From contig OZ316775.1 of NCBI GenBank assembly GCA_973851085.1, positions 20,088,001 through 20,152,000 on the forward strand: a stretch of 64,000 nt of DNA, written 5' to 3'. The position numbers and the translations under genes were made by a program. Shown piece after piece: positions 56,398 through 64,000 of the stretch; position 1 is the stretch's first letter, and each line of letters starts with the position of its first letter. Source of the stretch: Ptychomitrium polyphyllum. Its lineage: Eukaryota. Below the pieces are notes generated by a model. The model made no database searches, had not been told where the DNA came from, and saw only the letters and a list, made by a program, of their open reading frames with translations.

Positions 56398-56520
56398 TGC
56401 CTTCCTTCTCTTTCCGGCCCTTTTTCTTTTCCTCTTCTCTCGGCGCCTTCCTTCTCTTTCCGGCCCTTTTTCTTTTCCTCTTCTCTCGGCCTTCCTTATC
56501 TCTACGGCCCTTTTCTTTGC
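56398..56520. repeat. Pyrimidine-rich tandem repeat (about 45 bp, 2-3 copies) upstream of RPS3
   Basis: CCTTCCTTCTCTTTCCGGCCCTTTTTCTTTTCCTCTTCTCTCGGC twice, plus a diverged third copy. Confidence 0.85.
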
Positions 56521-56677
56521 TTGTCGGCTTGGGGTCGTTCCGGGCTTCCTTTCTTGTGGCAGGCTGAAGTCTTTCTTTGCACCGCATTCCCTTTCTTGGT
56601 TTCCTTGCTTCTTTTGTAAACAGCTCTGGCAGTGTGGTTTAGTGTTCACTTCTATTCGGTTGTAGCTCTTTATGTAA

Positions 56678-56776
56678 AGATGAGATCTTTATCTAGAGTA
56701 AAGATGTCGATATTATTTGTGTAGAAAAATGAGATCTTTATTTAGAGTAAAGATGTTGATACTATTTGTGTAGAAG
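56678..56776. repeat. Tandem duplication of about 50 bp
   Basis: ATGAGATCTTTATYTAGAGTAAAGATGTYGATAYTATTTGTGTAGAA occurs twice. Confidence 0.85.
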
Positions 56777-59278
56777 CATTTCTGTAAACATAGTTGGCAT
56801 AAACATTTACGAAGAGAAATATATTTATAACATTTCTAAATCAAACCAAGTGTTTGGTACTAATCATACTTTCTATGTAGTGTCTATGAGAATTTTACAT
56901 AGCAACATTCCAAAGGGACATTCACTTAGCATAAGTTCAATTCACCAATGAGACCTTCCAAATTACCATGATTATAATAAGAGAATATCAACATTGATTT
57001 GTGTTTTTTAGTTAATTATAAGTAATCCATGAATAATCCATGTTCTCACAATGTAACAAACTATTGTTATAGATGATCATTCCTATTTTACAACTAATTC
57101 TTAGTATTTCAAATAAAAAATTCAAAGTATGAAGTTATCCAATTCTTACTTCAAATTTATATATTATTCCATCTTGAATCAAAAGTGTAAGAAAAGAAAA
57201 TTTTAATATTATCATTATTCACTCACAAAGGTACAATGAAATTAAATAAATATTCATATATTAACTACTCATTTGTCAAATAATGCCAAAATTTGTTTAA
57301 AGTATAATTATATGTGAAATCATACATAAGATTAAAGATGAAACTAAAAATTCAATCTATAATATAAATAATATATGTTCAGAAAATGAATTGTTGGTGT
57401 TCCTTGTATTATTGTGAAACAATAATCTTTGCAATTATAAATGAAATAAAAATAAAAACATAAGAAAAATTTAATTAAAACAATTTGTAATATGAAATTG
57501 CATAGAACTAATTTTGCAAAGATCCATTTTCCAAAAAAACTTGGAAAATGATCAACAAAATTTTAAGTATATTCATGAAGGATTTGATAGTAATAATTCA
57601 ATATGTAAAATATTTGATATCCATCCATTTATTTGTAGGATTTTATTAAAACAACCATGCTATTTTATAAAGTTGAATTTAAATCATTCAAAAGCTAATA
57701 TTGACTATAAAAACCATGTTTAATTAATTTGAGTTTATTTCAGAATTTTTTTTTTTGCAGTCATAACAAGGTTATCAAACATGAAGTATATTTTCTTGCC
57801 ATGCTTTGAATTTATAGCTTTAGGAGTTTAAGAAGAAACTATCAAAAAAAAATTAAACCATAAAAATTGAAATATTAAGTCTTTTGGTCTTTCTTTAGGT
57901 AAAATGTACAATTCAAAAAACTCTACCATAGACTTTATGAAATTTTTAAACACATTTACATCTAATATACAGTGATTTTAAAACATCCAATATGATTTTT
58001 TTTAAATTAAAAAGTTTATAAATACAATATGACTTTTTTTTAAATTAAAAATCATTCCTATAATTTTATAACCTCCATCAAATACATGTATAATCTAAGT
58101 ATTTGCTTGTTTTTATTTTAGGTGCTCTCTTTTGAGGGTAGGGGTGTAGATGCATTTCCATTCTAACAAGAGAAAGACGCTCTGTTACACTACCTAAGTC
58201 AGATCCAAATTAACTAAAAAGCTCATGAACTAAGCTTTTTATTCCACATCAAGAATAAAATAAAAATTCAATGTCTCATCCAATCAGCACTTCAGAAGCT
58301 TATGTCTATAACACAATGCCAGGTTCTCAATGTTTAAAGCCACCAACAGTTTATGTGATACAGAGCCACCTTGTCATTCTTCACTGCAGAAAACATTTTG
58401 GACAATATTTTAAATTTGACGGAGTATCTCTTTTTACTAACATTTTGCAATTTGGCTAGGAATGTACCCACATGCAGAGACACGAGGGAAAGGTGTATTC
58501 AACACATCCTGTGTACAGACCAGACATGTTCAAATTGTGACCACCCTACTATTTACAGGGAAGCTGTGAAGTGTAACACATATGACATAATCATCTAAAC
58601 TTTGTTTACGACATTTGTGACATTGAAATGTTGACTGTGTAGTTCACATGATGGTCTTTCTAGCCTGATCTGCAAACCCCAAGTTCAATCTTGCTGATGC
58701 ACTGCTTTTGTTTCTTGTGACCCAAATGAAAATAAGTTCAGGTTGCTCATGAATAATCTAACTCAATGCAAACCTGTGAGTGTTAGGCATTTCCATTAAT
58801 TCATTTCACGTTTAACTAATAGCAAGTTTGGATTATTTAACAACTGCATTGTACCATCAGCTCCACCAACTTTTGTTCCCCATGTTTCAGTTAGTTACAT
58901 GCATGCCAGACCCATGGACAAGTTCATTGCAATGATGATAGTCTTGCTCATATTGAATCCATATCCCTCATATTTCCATAGCAGTACAGAAATGACTTCA
59001 AGGGAGAGCTCTATAGTTCAAGTTCTAATGAAGTTTAGCAGGTACACATCACACTTTCTACATCATTCTCAAGTCACGCATACAGGGTTGTACCTGGGAT
59101 AGGAACTGGTTTCCTACTGAAATGATGGATGTCTCTTGGCAGAAGGGGATCTGGCAGCAGTTTGGTGCAAAGGTGCACATCTATTTTGCAGCAGTGTGTA
59201 GGATCTCTCTCGCCATGCAGACAATTGCTTACCATCCATGTTGAAGCAATTGGATTCCATGGTTAATTGTGTTTGAAG

Positions 59279-60439
59279 ATGGCACATTCCACTAGGCAGC
59301 TGATGTTCAAATTTGCCTGTATTGTCATTGCTTCCCTTGTAACTTTTGCAGGGGTAATGATCTCTGTGAACCTGCTACAACATATGCCAGAAAACCATGC
59401 AAATTCCATGTATAGGTCTGGGACCGAGCTTCACTTCAGCTACCAAATGGATCAGTATGAAGCCTGCAGTAAATGCAGTTCATATGACTACTCTGGTGAG
59501 CCAGCTCTTTTTCTTCAGGATTATTTCACTGTTGCAGGCAAGAGAGTTACCTCTACATTTAGCCCAAAACAGTGTGTGCCATACTGATAAGTTCAAATGC
59601 TTTACTTCTAAAGAAGTGTATACAATAGCGGGACAGCATTTTAGAACAATGGAGGGACTACCTTTTTAAAATTGGATCCAAAAAATATTTTCATGTTATT
59701 GAGTATTCTAATTTGTGAGCAAATGCCATACCTAATACATGATTTCTCAAAGTCCCATTCCATTGCCAAGTATGTTTAGTTACCATTTCCAATTAATGAT
59801 CCATACATGATTTCTCAAAGTCCCATTCCATTGCCAAGTATGTTTAGTTACCATTTCCAATTAATGATCCAAAACATAGAACAAGCTTCTATATGGAAGT
59901 GCTATGAGGAAAACACACACTATCTATGTCTTGCTAACCTATTTTTAGCATGGTCCTCAACAAACTCTTTATCTTATGTGGTTTTTGCTTTAGAGTTATT
60001 CTTCTTTAATATTTACGCTTATAGATGAAGAACTAATTGTTAAATGGAAATATGTGTAGTGTCCAGAGGTGCTTGTTGCAGGAAGAAGTTGAATAGGAAA
60101 TGGGGCCCTTTGTCCCCACCAACATCTCTATTTTTAGATGACAACTTTGATGACTTTAAATTGCGGATGACTCCAGCTGCGAAACAAAACCACCCTTTCC
60201 TAAGACGCACAAAGGGATTTCTTATTAATTACAACAAGCAATCAAACTCTAGCCAATATATATTTCTTACTCCAGATCCAGTACCAATACCAGGTTATCC
60301 ATATCCAGCACCAGAGCCACTACCGGCCAATCCACCACTATTTATAGATATTGATTATGGAGAGCTTAGTAATTGGACACTTCCTGATATCACTACACAA
60401 CCACCTATAACTATTTGGACTGAACCACCCATAGCATAA
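59279..60439 (+). other. Possible lineage-specific gene or remnant: N-terminal TM ORF plus Pro-rich ORF
   Basis: ORF MAHSTRQLMFKFACIVIASLVTFAGVMISV has one hydrophobic helix. The downstream ORF 60044-60439 is Pro-rich with a candidate acceptor TTGCAG near 60081. No domain recognised and the join is unresolved. Confidence 0.3.
59735..59871. repeat. Perfect 68-bp tandem duplication
   Basis: ATACATGATTTCTCAAAGTCCC...CCAATTAATGATCC at 59735 and again at 59803. Confidence 0.95.
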
Positions 60440-63400
60440 GCATATTACTAAGTTTTAGTTTGTTCATACATACTGTGCTGTAAATATAATAGATCTTTTT
60501 CTCCAACTGTTGTAGTAATGATATTGGTTTATTGAATCTATTATTTGTAACATGTTAAAAAAAAGCAAACATAAAATGTTATTTGTATATTACATGTGCC
60601 TTTAATTAATACATACACTTACAATAGAAAGTGTAACACAATGTATCTCTGTGCCATACATTTGTACATTTTAAGTTTGGGGTGGAACTACTCTTATAAG
60701 GCGAACTCTATTTCAAATGTGCCTATTTCAAAAAGTTCTTGCTCCTGAATTATGACAACATGTTTATTATGGAAGTAGCAAAAATTGAATTGCTTATTAG
60801 CAAGTATATAAACAACCAAAACTTGAGTGATGAGTGTACAAAGTGTATTTTTTAACTTAATTTGCAAAGCAGATATGTAAAGGCAAATGTCATAAAGCCT
60901 TCTACAACTAAGAATGCATAACGTTGTTCATGGAATATAAATAATATTTTGAAGATACAAATAGAGGGAACAATTTGATAGCTCAATTGCGCCATATAGA
61001 AAAGCAAATGGAAATGGTTGTGATAGACAATAGAATTTTTTAGAGAAATATATTTTGGCAAGTAACAAATGGACAAAACATTAAGCCTATATATTTGGAT
61101 TTTGCACTAAAACATATAAAAGAAAAGATTATGATGAAGGAAGTATTTAAATAAAGATTTTCAAAATGAAAAATTCAAGTGATAGTACACAACAATTTTG
61201 AGTTATATATGGAAGTATTGCAACAAATAATTGTTGATTTTAGCAATTCCATATTGTTATTAAAAATTTGTTTTCATACTAAATTAGTTTATTTGATATA
61301 AATAGAAAATAGTAATTATGATCAAGGATATAAATTGAACTTTTAGTATTGTATGTAATGTAAATATTTCAAATAAGAAATCAAATGAAATATGTCTATG
61401 ATATAGTAGTTGAAAAGAAATTGTGGTTTAAAGAGTAAAATAATTTGAAAGTAAAATGCGTAGTAAAAGTAATTATAAATGAAAGTTGCATTTGAAAGCA
61501 TGAATATAAGATTGTATTATATAAAAAAAAGATATAATATATGAATTAGCTATAAATACGCATTGTTGTGGTAAAAGAGCCTTATTTTAAAAAAGCACTA
61601 GGCTTCTAGCTACCACTAATTATTTAACAAAATGACAAGATGGTGTTACTTAAATGTTTGCATTAACAAACCTTAATAAATCAAGATATTACAATAGATA
61701 TATTCTTCACACAAAACCACATCTTTTCTTTATTACTTACTTCACTTTTTTCATTACTTTATTCGAACTAATCACTCCCTTAATTAATACTTCTTCTTAA
61801 TTTTTTCCTTTAGCACTTTTCCACCACACTTTTTTCTTTAATTCAAAACAAAATATAAAATCCTCCACTGAATTTTTTTTTAAAAATTATAAAAAAAACT
61901 CTATATAAACCTCACCATCTTTCCTCTTATATTTGGCTTGGTCTTTCTTTCTTCCATATAAATTTTTGGAAATTCTAAGCTAACATTCTCTGACAAATTT
62001 TGTTGCAATTTTCTATTTACACTACATTTGCAAATAATCAATTTCCGCAATAGTCCTATTTACATTGCAACTCCATTTTGAGCTCCAACACCCTCATTAA
62101 ATCCTTTCCTAGCTTCTTTTTTTTGGCAAACGTATACACACTTTCTAATTAAATTATAAATTTTATAAATTTTATAATATGACAACGTTTTGAGAAATGT
62201 ATTGGATGTGCATGTAGAGGTTTATTAAGAATGAATAGAAAGGTCTCTAATTGTATCATTACACAAGTGCCTACAATATTTTAAACCACACAATTTAATT
62301 TAGAAAAACTACTTTATTCATAGAAAATAACACAATAGCCATTATAAATCAATGTACAAAAATCTTTTCCATATTATTTTGCTATTACAAATGTTGTATC
62401 AACAAAAGAAAGTTTCATATTATTTTAATTATTATCTTGAGGTTTATTTATGCTTTGCATGTATAAAAGACAAAAGCACATTTTATATAGTGATTTGTAT
62501 GTATAATATTTATAATATTAATCAAACACAATATAATAGAATATTTAAGAAGAAAAAAAATGCAATCATTTCAATTACTTGGTTTTGTCCATTGTAGAGG
62601 TTGATCAAAGCAAATATTCAATTACTTGCATTACAAAATTATATGCAAATAAGACAACAACAATGGTACTTTAAAGATGTGGAAGTAAAAATAAATTAAA
62701 TAAAAAAAGGTTATGCTATTTTGAATGCAATGAGGTGAATGTTGAAAGAAGATAACCAAAATAATACAAATTTGAAGTTTTAATGCAAGTTGACATTATA
62801 AGGGATTGTAAGGTTTTTATAAGTTAAATAAAAGAATTGTGCAAGGATGTAAGAATAGAGTTTGTGGATAATTAGAAGGTTCTAGCTGCAAAGAACATCA
62901 AAAAGCAAGGACAACATGTACTTTTCATCTTTTAGAGCATTATATATTATAAGCATTTTGCAACAAAAGAAATAGAACCACCAACTTTCATTATCCTGTA
63001 GAGGAATTTAAAAACTTATGTGAACCTAAATGTGTATCAAAATCAAATTACATATATTCAAGTTGCTAAATCCATCTTTGATATAAATATTATTGGAAAT
63101 GAAACATTGTCATTTGAAAAGTGCATATGATTAATTGATTATAAAGCAATAGATGTGGATGGGATTGTAAATGCAATGATAAACGCATTAAAAATTTTAC
63201 AACAAATCATGAAGTAAATGTTGTAAATAATTCACTAGAATGTAATAATTATGTTATTCTTTTATGAAAGTGGCCTTGCTATACGGGAAGCATTACAAAA
63301 TATTGATAGATATGTGGATGTTATTATGTAAATGAAATCTACACATTTATCATTAGTTTTCACATTTCCAAAAATCTATTATGCAGTACAATGTGCAAAA

Positions 63401-64000
63401 GGTGTTGAATGGCCCACAACATCATTTGAGTGTAAAAAGCATGGCAATAGCTTAATTTTAATTCATGGATTATATTTAGAATTATATTAAACATCTTGGA
63501 GCATTTAGAATTCCATGGCTGGATAATAATAGTTCTTTTTGAATCAACACATTTGGTGTCAAATGTGATTGACCAAGAAATCTACTACATTGTAGTTTTT
63601 AAAAGAAAGAAGAATTTTTGGTCAAAGTTACGAAGGTGGACGGATTTAAGAGAAATAAGTGTCCAAAGTTATAAAAGAAAAAATTGAGTCTTTATTAATA
63701 ATGCATTTGATGCTAATGATATGGATGTAATATAGAATGATGCAATTAACAATGAAGGTACAACTTCAAAAGACTTAAATAATCATCAAGAATTATTGGT
63801 ATAACACTTATGTAGTGAAAGTGATATGATAATGATTGAAAATAAACTTCCTAAGAATAATGTAGTAGTGCATAAGTATGCAATCAAAAGTATTAATTAA
63901 AAGTAATATGCCAATTTATTAGAGATGGTCTTATAAAACAAGAAGTGCATGATGGCTCAAAAAGTCCAATTCCTTTAATAAGTGATTTAATATATGAAGC

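Noticed and set aside
60500..64000. AT-rich blocks as annotated mobile elements (also 1-600, 28200-31300 and 56800-58300)
   Set aside because: Probably decayed TE debris, but I could not identify LTRs, TIRs or transposase/RT motifs by eye.

Overview
Eukaryotic plant nuclear DNA, not prokaryotic. The intron-rich genes, AT-rich intergenic blocks and protein sequences look like a moss such as Physcomitrium; the species is inferred, not verified. Spliced genes I could reconstruct: an SKP2-like F-box/LRR protein, an SMP-30/NHL beta-propeller membrane protein, a small uncharacterised protein, RPL12, PSAT, AHA1, a YidD-like factor, an NRT2 nitrate transporter and RPS3. There is also an intronless F-box gene, an OPR/Old Yellow Enzyme pseudogene and several tandem repeats. 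Most notable: (1) a minus-strand locus at about 11.8-14.3 kb with a hAT-type BED zinc finger upstream of a LEAFY-like SAM oligomerisation domain, no LFY DNA-binding domain, and an in-frame TAG in a downstream exon; (2) an intronless TetX-like flavin monooxygenase of microbial type, a horizontal-transfer candidate; (3) two C/D-box snoRNA-like copies in RPL12 intron 1; (4) a 22-bp tandem array with 13 GAATC (NIGT1/GARP-type) motifs just upstream of the NRT2 start codon. All exon models were read by eye from GT/AG sites and frame continuity, and all homology calls are from memory, not database searches.
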